A stretch of 64,000 nucleotides of DNA from Anaerolineae bacterium (GTDB taxonomy: Bacteria; Chloroflexota; Anaerolineae; JAADDB01), in assembly GCA_015490995.1 (NCBI GenBank), contig WFWT01000007.1, positions 13,671-77,670 of the forward strand. Reading direction: 5' to 3'. Below, piece by piece: positions 10,028 to 18,676 of this stretch. The translations under genes were made by a program, and so were the position numbers. The notes beneath the pieces were generated by a model. That model made no database searches. It was not told the DNA's origin and saw only the letters and a program-made list of their open reading frames with translations. How positions within the stretch are numbered: position 1 is the first letter of the stretch; every line of letters starts with the position of its first letter.

Positions 10028-10981
10028 ATGTACACTCACACGTTTCGTGCCATGAACACCCGATTTCAACTGTGGTTGGACGCTTCAGTCGCAGACGCGC
10101 GGCCGGCCTTGCGCGCGGCGGAGACCTTCGTCCGTGAGGTAGAGCAGATCCTAAGTCGTTTTCTGCCGCACAGCGCGTTAAGTCGAGTAAACCGAGCTCC
10201 CGGTCGGTGGCACGTCGTCCCCCCGGTGATGGCTGCCGTGGTCCGGGAAGCGCTGATGTGGGCCGAACGCACCGGCGGGTTATTCGATCCAACGGTGCTG
10301 CCTGCCTTACACGCCGTCGGGTATACCCGTTCATTTGAGGAGCTGACCTGTAGTGGGGGGACGGAGGAAGAGAGGTACAGCTTATGGGGCAAGGTAGGCC
10401 GTTGGTCCGAAGTGCGACTGGAGGGAGAACGATTATACCTGCCCCCGGATACCGGCTTGGACCTGGGAGGTATTGCGAAAGAATGGGTCGCCGATCGGGT
10501 GGCCGAGCAACTCGCCCACTGGGGACCCTGTTTGGTAGATGCCGGTGGAGATGTGCGCGCAATCGGTGTTCCGGCCCTGTGGGGAATGTGGCCTGTAGCC
10601 ATCGCCCACCCTCTGGAGGCTAACCGTGACGTGCTCACAATGGGCCTTCGGGATGCGGGGCTGGCCACCTCTTCGCGGGCGCGACGTCGCTGGCGCGTGG
10701 GAGACCGGGAAGTCCATCACATCATTTATCCACCTACCGGCCAACCGGCACAGACACCGGTGCTCAGTGCCAGTGTGGTGGCAGACACGGCTGTCCAAGC
10801 CGGAGTAGGCAGCAAGATCGCGCTGATGCTGAACACGGAGTGTCATCCGGCACTCCGTGCCGTTCGGCCTTATGTGGTGGTCATGGTGTATGAAAACGGC
10901 GACGTTAAAACGTGGTGGGGAGAAGCATACCATGCGTCGACACAGACCGGTGACCGTGTTTTCCGCGACGCCCCATCCTGA
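10028..10981 (+). CDS. apbE: FAD:protein FMN transferase (ApbE family)
   Basis: N-terminal FRAMNTRFQLWL (ApbE hallmark) and an ApbE-like sequence throughout. Confidence 0.85.
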   Translation: MYTHTFRAMNTRFQLWLDASVADARPALRAAETFVREVEQILSRFLPHSALSRVNRAPGRWHVVPPVMAAVVREALMWAERTGGLFDPTVLPALHAVGYTRSFEELTCSGGTEEERYSLWGKVGRWSEVRLEGERLYLPPDTGLDLGGIAKEWVADRVAEQLAHWGPCLVDAGGDVRAIGVPALWGMWPVAIAHPLEANRDVLTMGLRDAGLATSSRARRRWRVGDREVHHIIYPPTGQPAQTPVLSASVVADTAVQAGVGSKIALMLNTECHPALRAVRPYVVVMVYENGDVKTWWGEAYHASTQTGDRVFRDAPS

Positions 10982-11627
10982 TGTGTGGGCCCGGTATCCC
11001 GGCCGTGTCATCGGACTTGGAGGCATGGGGCTTTTGGTCAGCGCAGCCATGTGGTTGGCCTTAACGTGGGCAACCGCCGGGATATCTCCGGATATGGTCC
11101 CCTGGTACGTGGTTCGGGCGGCCGGACTGGTTGCTTATGTTTTGCTGTGGATATCGGTCACTCTGGGACTCTGGATCAGTGGTGGGTGGACACCCCGGGC
11201 CAACGCCCAACTGGTCGCCCTGCATGAATTTGCTAGCCTGGTAGCCCTGAGCATGACGTTTCTACACGTGATTACCCTGCGGGCCGATGCCTATCTTCAA
11301 CCTTCGTGGATCCAGATATGGGTTCCCCTGGCCATGACCACGTATCGCCCCCTCGCGGTGGCGGCTGGCCAAATAGGATTTTATCTCATGGTTGCGGTTG
11401 TGTTATCATTTTACGTGCGACGTTGGATAGGCGCACGGGTGTGGCGTGGGCTGCACGCGATAACCTTTCTGTTATACGGACTCGTGCTGGTGCATGCGGT
11501 CGCGGCCGGCACCGAGAGTGCGACCCCTGTGTGGCAAGGAATCTACCTCGTAACCGGCGGATCGGTGTTGGTGTTGACGTACCTCCGCCTCGCGATCGGG
11601 CGTTCCGGTCGTGGACGCACTCGATAA
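10932..11627 (+). CDS. Ferric-reductase-like transmembrane component (heme-b membrane protein, MsrQ/FRD-TM-like)
   Basis: About 6 TM helices with conserved His residues (LHEFASLVALSMTFLHV...; GLHAITFLLYGLVLVHAV). Overlaps the 3' end of apbE. The start is uncertain: ATG at 10932 or further downstream. Confidence 0.55.
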   Translation: MRRHRPVTVFSATPHPDVWARYPGRVIGLGGMGLLVSAAMWLALTWATAGISPDMVPWYVVRAAGLVAYVLLWISVTLGLWISGGWTPRANAQLVALHEFASLVALSMTFLHVITLRADAYLQPSWIQIWVPLAMTTYRPLAVAAGQIGFYLMVAVVLSFYVRRWIGARVWRGLHAITFLLYGLVLVHAVAAGTESATPVWQGIYLVTGGSVLVLTYLRLAIGRSGRGRTR

Positions 11628-11662
11628 ATGTGAGCAATCTGGCAGACCACGGAGGAGACCCC

Positions 11663-12385
11663 ATGGTGGAGGCAGCACACATTTTGGTGGTAGACGACGA
11701 TGAAATGATCGTGGAACCCTTGGTATACGGCCTGGAACGCGAAGGCTTCCGGGTGGGTGTGGCCATGGACGGCGAAGAAGCTCTCCAGGCCGTGCGAGAC
11801 CAACAACCGGATGTCATCCTGCTGGATGTCATGTTGCCCAAACGCAGCGGGTTTGAGGTATTGCGCTTGCTACGTCATCAGGGAATAACCACACCTATTA
11901 TCATGCTCACCGCTCGTGGGCAGGAGATTGACAAAGTCATGGGCTTGGAGATGGGCGCGGACGATTACGTGGTCAAGCCTTTTAGCCTGCGCGAGATTAT
12001 CGCCCGCATTCGGGCCGTGCTGCGACGGCAGCGGCTGCTGGCGGGCCCTCCTCTTCCCCCTCAGGACCAGATCCAGATCGGCGAGATCACGATGGATAAA
12101 CGACGGCTCCAGGTTCGCAAGGGAGAGGATGTGATCCCCCTTTCGCCCCGGGAGTTTGACCTCCTGCGGGTATTGATGGAAAACGCCGGTCGTACCCTGA
12201 CCCGTCAACAGTTGCTGGACTGGGTGTGGGGTGAGTCCTGGGTGGGTGATCCGCGAACTTTGGATGTACATATTCACTGGCTGCGCGAAAAGCTGGAAGA
12301 CAACCCAAGGCGCCCTCGATATATCCTCACCGTTCGCGGAGTAGGCTATCGCTTCGCAGATGAAGAGGACCTTCATTCCTCTTGA
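11663..12385 (+). CDS. OmpR/PhoB-family two-component response regulator (REC plus winged-helix domains)
   Basis: ILVVDDDEMIVEPL...DVILLDVMLPKRSGFEVL...DDYVVKPFSLREIIARI and C-terminal ...LTVRGVGYRF. GGAGGAG sits 6 nt upstream of the ATG at 11663. Confidence 0.9.
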   Translation: MVEAAHILVVDDDEMIVEPLVYGLEREGFRVGVAMDGEEALQAVRDQQPDVILLDVMLPKRSGFEVLRLLRHQGITTPIIMLTARGQEIDKVMGLEMGADDYVVKPFSLREIIARIRAVLRRQRLLAGPPLPPQDQIQIGEITMDKRRLQVRKGEDVIPLSPREFDLLRVLMENAGRTLTRQQLLDWVWGESWVGDPRTLDVHIHWLREKLEDNPRRPRYILTVRGVGYRFADEEDLHSS

Positions 12386-12527
12386 GAAGGCCGCCAAAAC
12401 ATTGCCGGTCACGCCACATTCTGACAAGCCGTGGTGAGAACGAGGGCAACGACTGATCCCCCCACCCGTTCATCTCTTTTCGCTCGCCTCTCGATTTGTC
12501 AGTCCATCAGGCGGACATCTCGGGCTC

Positions 12528-12548
12528 TTAAAGTGACCTTAAAGTGAC
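12528..12548. promoter_or_regulatory. Tandem direct repeat TTAAAGTGAC-c-TTAAAGTGAC with 11-bp period; candidate binding site for an OmpR-type response regulator
   Basis: Seen directly in the sequence, about 110 nt upstream of the ATG at 12659 and about 140 nt downstream of the response-regulator stop. OmpR/PhoB regulators bind direct repeats spaced one helical turn apart. Confidence 0.35.
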
Positions 12549-12658
12549 ATTACCAGAGCGTTAACCTCCCCTCCTTACATTCGCGCATAACATAGGGTGT
12601 GATGATTCGGATGGGATGTAAGAGCGTTACCTGTCCGAGCACACGTGGGAGGTGGAAC

Positions 12659-13351
12659 ATGAACCGCACAGTTCTTATGAGCATGGTTGCCGCGCTCACG
12701 GCTCTGGTGTTGACGGCAGCGTTTCTCCTGGGTGCCCGCCGTTCGGGCAACGACGTTGCAGCCGTCGGCGTCGAAGGAACACCGGTCCCCCTGGCTGCAC
12801 CCACAACCACCTTATCCGGCCGGGATATGAATACCCTCCCGACCTCGGTGGAAGCCGTCCGACAAGTGTACCAGCAACAACTGGATGTTCAAGTGGAGCA
12901 AATCCGGCAGATGTACCAGCGACAATTGGAGGAACAATTGGAGCAATTGCGAGCAGAGTACGAGCGGCAACTTGAATCCCAGCTCCAACAGGGCTATCAG
13001 CAACCGCCTGGCCAGGAAATGTCACCTCAACGAGAGGAGGCCCTTCGTCAAGCCTACGAGGCACAGATCCGCGCGCTCCAGGCTGCCTGGCAACAGCGTG
13101 AGCAGGCGTATCAGGCCCAGCTTCAGGAAGCCATTCGACGATTGGAGGCGGCTAACGCGCAGATTCAGGCCCTTCAGCAAACGCCAAGGAATGCTTCTAC
13201 CCTCGGCCCCGTACCAGCATCTGACGAGGAAGCTCCAGGAGCTTATTACTCGGATCGGGATGATGACGATGATGAGCGTTGGGAGTACCGCCGCGGAGTG
13301 TATCAGGAGGAGGACGATGGCGAATGGGAAGACGAGCGGGATGACGACTGA
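12659..13351 (+). CDS. Hypothetical membrane-anchored protein: Gln/Glu-rich coiled-coil with an acidic C-terminal tail
   Basis: GGGAGGTGG RBS then ATG. The N-terminal TM is MNRTVLMSMVAALTALVLTAAFLLG. Heptad-like Q/E/R-rich repeats follow (QQQLDVQVEQIRQMYQRQLEEQLEQLRAEYERQLESQLQQ...), ending ...DDDDDERWEYRRGVYQEEDDGEWEDERDDD. Confidence 0.5.
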   Translation: MNRTVLMSMVAALTALVLTAAFLLGARRSGNDVAAVGVEGTPVPLAAPTTTLSGRDMNTLPTSVEAVRQVYQQQLDVQVEQIRQMYQRQLEEQLEQLRAEYERQLESQLQQGYQQPPGQEMSPQREEALRQAYEAQIRALQAAWQQREQAYQAQLQEAIRRLEAANAQIQALQQTPRNASTLGPVPASDEEAPGAYYSDRDDDDDERWEYRRGVYQEEDDGEWEDERDDD

Positions 13352-13823
13352 GCGGCCTCACCCTCAGAAGCGACGCCGTCGTAAGGAGAACACGTTCTGG
13401 CAGGCATTGCTGCTGGCCTTAACCCTAGGGGGGTATGTGTTCCTTGTGGGCCTGTTAGGACGGTTGGACGCGGCCGACCAATGCCCCGCCGACTGCCCTC
13501 CGGAGGAATTGGAGCCTCGAACGATCCGGCTCGAGGGCGTAGCGACGGTGCCACCTTTGCGGGTAGTGGTGCCCCCCTTGGCAGTTACACCGGTGCCGCT
13601 AGCATATGGCGAAGCCCCTGGGCGGGGAAACACGTCCGGTACGCCGGCGGACATCCCCCGCCCGGTGGGCAGCGCTTCCCCAGAAGTGCCGGGAGCCCCT
13701 GCCGTCAGCCCGGCCTGGTTACCCCCTCCGCCGCTACAGTGGCAGCCGTTGCCCACGGTGGTGCCGACGCAACCGATGCCCGTTTTTCGTCCCGCACCGG
13801 TCGTGCGCAGCCGAGGCTCTTGA
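13341..13823 (+). CDS. Hypothetical membrane-anchored proline-rich protein
   Basis: The ATG overlaps the stop of the upstream gene (ATGACGACTGA). It has a basic N-terminus (KRRRRKENTF), one TM (WQALLLALTLGGYVFLVGLLG) and a Pro/Val-rich extracytoplasmic region. There is no recognisable domain. Confidence 0.4.
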   Translation: MTTERPHPQKRRRRKENTFWQALLLALTLGGYVFLVGLLGRLDAADQCPADCPPEELEPRTIRLEGVATVPPLRVVVPPLAVTPVPLAYGEAPGRGNTSGTPADIPRPVGSASPEVPGAPAVSPAWLPPPPLQWQPLPTVVPTQPMPVFRPAPVVRSRGS

Positions 13824-13964
13824 GGTAAACTCCCTGTGAACGGGCCGACAAAGGTTCTGTAGCGCGATTAAGGGATGCCGTCGTTCTGGCCTGGGGCCAG
13901 GTAATACCGGGGGTCTTTTAAAGAGTGGCGCGTGGTCCACGCGGAAGGGGGAAAATAACGGCCG

Positions 13965-15443
13965 ATGAAGTGGTTGGCAGTCACGGGATGGCGTCGGTTA
14001 AAGAGCTTTTGGGCCGATCGAAGTCTGGCGACCAAATTTGTGTCCGTCTATTTCCTGGTAGGACTGTTGATCGTAGTAGCCCTCACCTGGCGCTCCGGCA
14101 GTCAGCTGGCCACGGCCCTCGAAGAGGAAATGGAACACGAGCTGGAGATCGAAGCCTTCATCATTGCCGGCACGCTGGGCAAAGACTTCGAGGACATGCT
14201 CGAATACGGCCGTTCACCCTCGCAGATCCTCACCCTCATACATCAGTTCGGCGAAGGAACGGACAGCCGCATTACCTTTTACGATGTACAGTTAAACCTT
14301 GTGTTCAGCACCGATCCCAACGTACGTCCCCATCGGGCCTCGCTGACGCCGGAATTGGCCGCCGCGCTGCGCAACAGTGAGCAACACGACATCCGCATGG
14401 ACCCGTGGACCCAGGAGATGCGCCTCTACGTGGCCGCGCCGGTGTACCAGGAAGAGGACCTGATGGGACTATTACAGATATCCATACCCTGGCAACGGGT
14501 GCAGGATCGCATTAACAGCGAGTGGGGTCGGCTAATTGTCACCGGACTGCTTGCCATCTTGGCTAACACACTGCTCAGCCTGTGGCTGGCATGGAGTATT
14601 GTGCGTCCCCTGCAGCAGGTCACCCAAGCAGCCCGAGCCATTGCCGGTGGACATCTGGACCGGCGTGTGCCTGTGCCGGGCAAGGATGAAGTGGGGATGT
14701 TGGCCGTTGCCTTCAACGAAATGGCCGAACGGTTGCAGGAAATGATCGCGCGGGAACGGCTGTTCATTGCCAACGCGTCCCACGAACTGCGCAGCCCGTT
14801 GACCAGCCTGAAACTGCGCGCTGAGATGCTGCGGGAAGGTCGCCTTCCCCCAGAGCGACAACGTCGGTACATCATGGAATTGGAGAAAGAGGCCGAACGC
14901 CTACACGCCCTGGCCAACCGGCTGTTGGACCTGAGTCGTCTGCAGTTGCGCCCGGAAACGGAGGTGTTGGAACCTGTGGATGTCATGCCTATTGCACGGG
15001 ATGTCGTCGAAACTCTCTCCTTGCGGGCCGGCCGTAAGGATGTACAGTTACGCTTGCACGCGCCCCAACAGCTGCCCAAAGTACGGGCCTCCGCTGACGG
15101 CTTACGGGAAATCCTGGTAAACCTAATCGACAATGCCATTAAACACACCCCTGCCGGCGGTAGCGTGGACGTCGTCCTTACGCCAGAGCCCCCTTACTTG
15201 CGCATGGAAGTGAAGGATACGGGCAGAGGGATTCCCCCTGAGGATCTGCCGCACATCTTTGAACCCTTTTACCGGGTGGACAAAGCGCGACGCCGCCAAG
15301 ATGGCGGTAGTGGCCTGGGCTTGACGATTGTCAAACGGCTGGTGGACTTGTTCCACGGTCGCATTGAGGTGTACAGCTCTCCGGGTGAGGGTACCGTGTT
15401 CGTTGTGCGGATTCCCTTTGAGTCCGCATCTGCCACCTCTTGA
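13965..15443 (+). CDS. Sensor histidine kinase (two TM helices, HAMP, HisKA, HATPase_c)
   Basis: ANASHELRSPLTSL (H-box); N-box/G-box region ...LIDNAIKHTPAGGSV...KDTGRGIPPEDLPHIFEPFYRVD...GGSGLGLTIVKRLV. Confidence 0.9.
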   Translation: MKWLAVTGWRRLKSFWADRSLATKFVSVYFLVGLLIVVALTWRSGSQLATALEEEMEHELEIEAFIIAGTLGKDFEDMLEYGRSPSQILTLIHQFGEGTDSRITFYDVQLNLVFSTDPNVRPHRASLTPELAAALRNSEQHDIRMDPWTQEMRLYVAAPVYQEEDLMGLLQISIPWQRVQDRINSEWGRLIVTGLLAILANTLLSLWLAWSIVRPLQQVTQAARAIAGGHLDRRVPVPGKDEVGMLAVAFNEMAERLQEMIARERLFIANASHELRSPLTSLKLRAEMLREGRLPPERQRRYIMELEKEAERLHALANRLLDLSRLQLRPETEVLEPVDVMPIARDVVETLSLRAGRKDVQLRLHAPQQLPKVRASADGLREILVNLIDNAIKHTPAGGSVDVVLTPEPPYLRMEVKDTGRGIPPEDLPHIFEPFYRVDKARRRQDGGSGLGLTIVKRLVDLFHGRIEVYSSPGEGTVFVVRIPFESASATS

Positions 15444-15804
15444 GGGAAGCCATGCACGAGCAGGCTCACCCGGCCTCCGTCCTCGCGTCGTGACCGTAAT
15501 GACAGGTTCGTTGCCGGCGTGGGAATCTCTCCCTTAGGTCCTGGGCTCCCTCGCGAACCTGCGCTATAATTATGGAGGGCATTCGGAAACTTACCGTGTC
15601 CGCCTTTCGGCACTCTTCCCTCTTCGCAGATGGATAGAAGCAGGAGAGCGACCTGTTCCCTATCCCCAATTGGGGATAGGGGGATGGAGAACGTGAAGAA
15701 CACGGGGGTCCGAACGTTCTCTTAACGATGACACCGTTGCGGACTGTATTCCGGTGTCCTTCAGCAAGCCGGCGGGCGTTCAGGTCACACGCTGAGGCAA
15801 AAGC

Positions 15805-18495
15805 ATGGTAGCAAAGAAGTCCCAGCGCAAAAGCAAAAGCAAAGCCAAGCGTAGCCGACGCTCCTCTCGCAAACGCCGCTCCGGCGGAGGGACGTGGGAG
15901 TGGCCGGATATGTCCTGGTTGTTCAGCCCGTTGCTCTGGGCTATTTTGATGTTCACCTTCGCCATCCTTACGGTAGGCACCTTCCTCTCCCAGCAGCCGG
16001 GCACCCTTCTCCTCTGGTGGCATGAACGACTTCGGCGTCTGGTGGGGAACGCGATTTATCTCGTACCTCTGGCCAGCCTGATGGTAGGCTGGTGGTTGTT
16101 GCGCTACAGTGTGGCGGGGGAAGAGGACGAAGAGGCTATGCCGTCCCCCACGTGGCGCGTTGTGGGCGTGGGGCTGGTGTTGGCCGGCGTGGCCGCCGCC
16201 TTTCATCTCTTCTCCTTTAGCCCCGACCCTGTGGCACTGGCAGAAGCCGGTGGGGGCGGTGGCGTGGTGGGGCTGGTGGTCAGCGATATGTTGGTGCGCA
16301 GCTTGGGGCCCTGGTTGGCCATTCCTGTGCTGGCCGGCCTGATCCTGGTGGGGGCCATGTTGGCGCTGGCAGCCTCCCTGACCGACCTGGTACACGCGGT
16401 GCGCTATCTTATACGCCTGGCACGCGGGGCCCCTGCTCCTGCGGAGAGTGATGAACTCCCCCCTTGGGAACCGATCCCTTCTGTGGACACGGAACCGCCG
16501 GCGCCCTCCTGGTGGCAGCGACTCCGAGCACGCCTTCCCTTCGGGCGTCGACCCCATTCCCCAGCGGAGATACCGACCCGCATTATTGGTGAAGAACAGG
16601 TTACCGACACGCCCACGGTCAGCCCCTACGTGCCCGTAGACGAAATGAGCCCGCCTGAGCCCGCCATTACCGAATCCGCCCCGCCTCCGGCTTCGCCCGC
16701 GGCGGCACCGGCAACCACGATGTCGCCTGCACAACCAAAGCCCCGGCGTTCTATTGAAACTGAGATGTCAGGGCAACCCTGGCAGTTGCCCGACGTTCAC
16801 AGCTTGTTTGAAGACACGGAAGAAGGGGACATGAGCGCGGAGGAGATCCGCCAGCGGAGTCGCATTATCGAGGAAACCCTTGCTTCTTTTGGGGTGCCGG
16901 CACGGGTGGTGGAGGTCAACCGCGGGCCTACGGTAACGCAGTTTGGCGTTCAGCCGGGATACATTGAACGGGTGGACCGCAAGACGGGAACGATCCGGCG
17001 GGAACGCGTGAAGGTGTCCCGCATTGTAGCCCTGCAGAACGACCTGGCCTTGGCCCTGGCAGCAGCACCCATCCGCATCCAGGCCCCGGTACCCGGCAAG
17101 CCCTACATCGGCATCGAAGTGCCCAACAAGCGGGCCAGCATCGTAACCCTGCGCAGCATCCTCGAATCCGAGGTGTGGCATACTTTCAAGGGGCGTTTGA
17201 AGATTGCCCTTGGACGGGACGTGGCGGGCCAGCCCGTGGTGGCCGATTTAGCCCGTATGCCCCACCTGCTGATCGCCGGTGCGACCGGCTCCGGCAAGTC
17301 GGTCTGCATCAATGCCATCATTGCCTGTCTGATGGCCACCCACACTCCGGATGAAGTGCGCTTCGTGCTCATCGACCCCAAGCGGGTGGAACTGACGGTG
17401 TACAACGGCGTCCCGCACGTGATCGGTGACGTGGTCACGGATGTGGACCTGGTGGTTGACGTGTTACAGTGGGCCGTGCGGGAGATGGAGCGACGCTACC
17501 TGCTCTTCGCGGAAGCCCGCGTGCGGGACATTGTGCGTTATAACCGAAAAGTTCAAGGCAGCGAACAGGCACCGTTACCGTACATCGTCATCATCATCGA
17601 CGAGCTGGCGGACCTGATGCTCTCGTCACCTGATGAGGTGGAGCGGGCCATTGTCCGACTGGCGCAAATGGCCCGCGCAACCGGTATGCATTTAGTGGTG
17701 GCGACTCAACGTCCCAGTGTGGATGTGGTAACCGGTCTCATCAAGGCCAATTTCCCGGCCCGTATTGCCTTTGCCGTCACCTCCCAGATCGATTCCCGGG
17801 TCATCCTGGACACTCCGGGAGCGGAACAGCTCCTCGGGCAGGGTGACATGCTGTTCTTGCCCCCGGATTCGAGCAAACTGGCCCGCTTACAGGGCGTTTA
17901 CGTGTCCGACCGGGAGATACAGCGGTTGGTGGCCTTCTGGAAAGAACAGCGACGACCCACACCTCCGCCTGTGGCGGAGGGAATCCCGACGGCTACCGAA
18001 GGGGCATCGCCGGAAACGCCCGCCGAGGAAACACCAGCACCACCCCCGGCACCCTCGGATGCACCTACCGAGACCACGACTACAACACCGCCGGAGCAGC
18101 CTGCCCTCTGGGACGAGCTGTTGGAAGACCTCAAGGAAGAGCAACAGGCTCAGGGGCGTGATCCCCTCTTCGACGAGGCGGTACGGGTAGTACGGGAGGC
18201 CAACCGGGCCAGTATCTCCTTGCTCCAGCGGCGTTTGAAGATCGGATACGCCCGTGCAGGGCGACTCATCGACCAACTCGAGGAGGCAGGCATCATCGGG
18301 CCGGACCCCGGAGGCGGACGCTCACGCGTGGTGTATCCTCCGGAGACGCCTCCTGCCCCCAGCCCAGAGACCGCGCCTGAAGAGGATGCAGCGGATGACG
18401 CCACGTTTGCCAGTGAAGCACCGGGGGAACAGGCCACTTCTCAGGATGATCCCCCTCCTTCCCACAAACCCCGACGACCGCGTGTGTGGTTCTGA
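15805..18495 (+). CDS. ftsK: DNA translocase FtsK/SpoIIIE
   Basis: N-terminal TM segments, a Pro/Glu-rich linker, the motor domain with Walker A (LLIAGATGSGKSVCINAII) and Walker B (IVIIIDELADLM), and the C-terminal gamma winged-helix domain (ISLLQRRLKIGYARAGRLIDQLEEAGIIG). Confidence 0.9.
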   Translation: MVAKKSQRKSKSKAKRSRRSSRKRRSGGGTWEWPDMSWLFSPLLWAILMFTFAILTVGTFLSQQPGTLLLWWHERLRRLVGNAIYLVPLASLMVGWWLLRYSVAGEEDEEAMPSPTWRVVGVGLVLAGVAAAFHLFSFSPDPVALAEAGGGGGVVGLVVSDMLVRSLGPWLAIPVLAGLILVGAMLALAASLTDLVHAVRYLIRLARGAPAPAESDELPPWEPIPSVDTEPPAPSWWQRLRARLPFGRRPHSPAEIPTRIIGEEQVTDTPTVSPYVPVDEMSPPEPAITESAPPPASPAAAPATTMSPAQPKPRRSIETEMSGQPWQLPDVHSLFEDTEEGDMSAEEIRQRSRIIEETLASFGVPARVVEVNRGPTVTQFGVQPGYIERVDRKTGTIRRERVKVSRIVALQNDLALALAAAPIRIQAPVPGKPYIGIEVPNKRASIVTLRSILESEVWHTFKGRLKIALGRDVAGQPVVADLARMPHLLIAGATGSGKSVCINAIIACLMATHTPDEVRFVLIDPKRVELTVYNGVPHVIGDVVTDVDLVVDVLQWAVREMERRYLLFAEARVRDIVRYNRKVQGSEQAPLPYIVIIIDELADLMLSSPDEVERAIVRLAQMARATGMHLVVATQRPSVDVVTGLIKANFPARIAFAVTSQIDSRVILDTPGAEQLLGQGDMLFLPPDSSKLARLQGVYVSDREIQRLVAFWKEQRRPTPPPVAEGIPTATEGASPETPAEETPAPPPAPSDAPTETTTTTPPEQPALWDELLEDLKEEQQAQGRDPLFDEAVRVVREANRASISLLQRRLKIGYARAGRLIDQLEEAGIIGPDPGGGRSRVVYPPETPPAPSPETAPEEDAADDATFASEAPGEQATSQDDPPPSHKPRRPRVWF

Positions 18496-18535
18496 TGTGT
18501 GCCCTTCAGCGAAAACGCTCCTGCCCGCGGTATGC

Positions 18536-18564
18536 TTGACAATCTCCCCGACCCGGGAGAGAAT
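18536..18564 (+). promoter_or_regulatory. Candidate promoter for tyrS (TTGACA-17nt-GAGAAT)
   Basis: TTGACA at 18536-18541, a 17-nt spacer, GAGAAT at 18559-18564, about 110 nt upstream of the tyrS ATG. No T-box leader was found: there is no AAnnnGGGTGGnACCGCG-like element and the leader is too short. Confidence 0.35.
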
Positions 18565-18676
18565 GAACCGTGCACCAGCGCCTCTGTCGGGTGACCGGTG
18601 AAGTGTTCGGTAGGCCGGCCTCCAACACCACACCTGGTAGGCCTATTACCCAGCACGTAAGGAGGAACAGCCATCC

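Noticed and set aside
15466-16734. 422-aa minus-strand ORF (Arg/Gly/Cys-rich, low complexity)
   Set aside because: It is entirely antisense to the well-supported HK 3' region and ftsK 5' region. Its composition is typical of spurious ORFs in high-GC DNA, and it has no RBS or domain.
18496-18676. Possible T-box riboswitch leaders upstream of tyrS (and of metG at 42823-43050 on the minus strand)
   Set aside because: Both leaders are shorter than about 230 nt. Neither contains the conserved T-box sequence (AAnnnGGGTGGnACCGCG) or a specifier-loop architecture.
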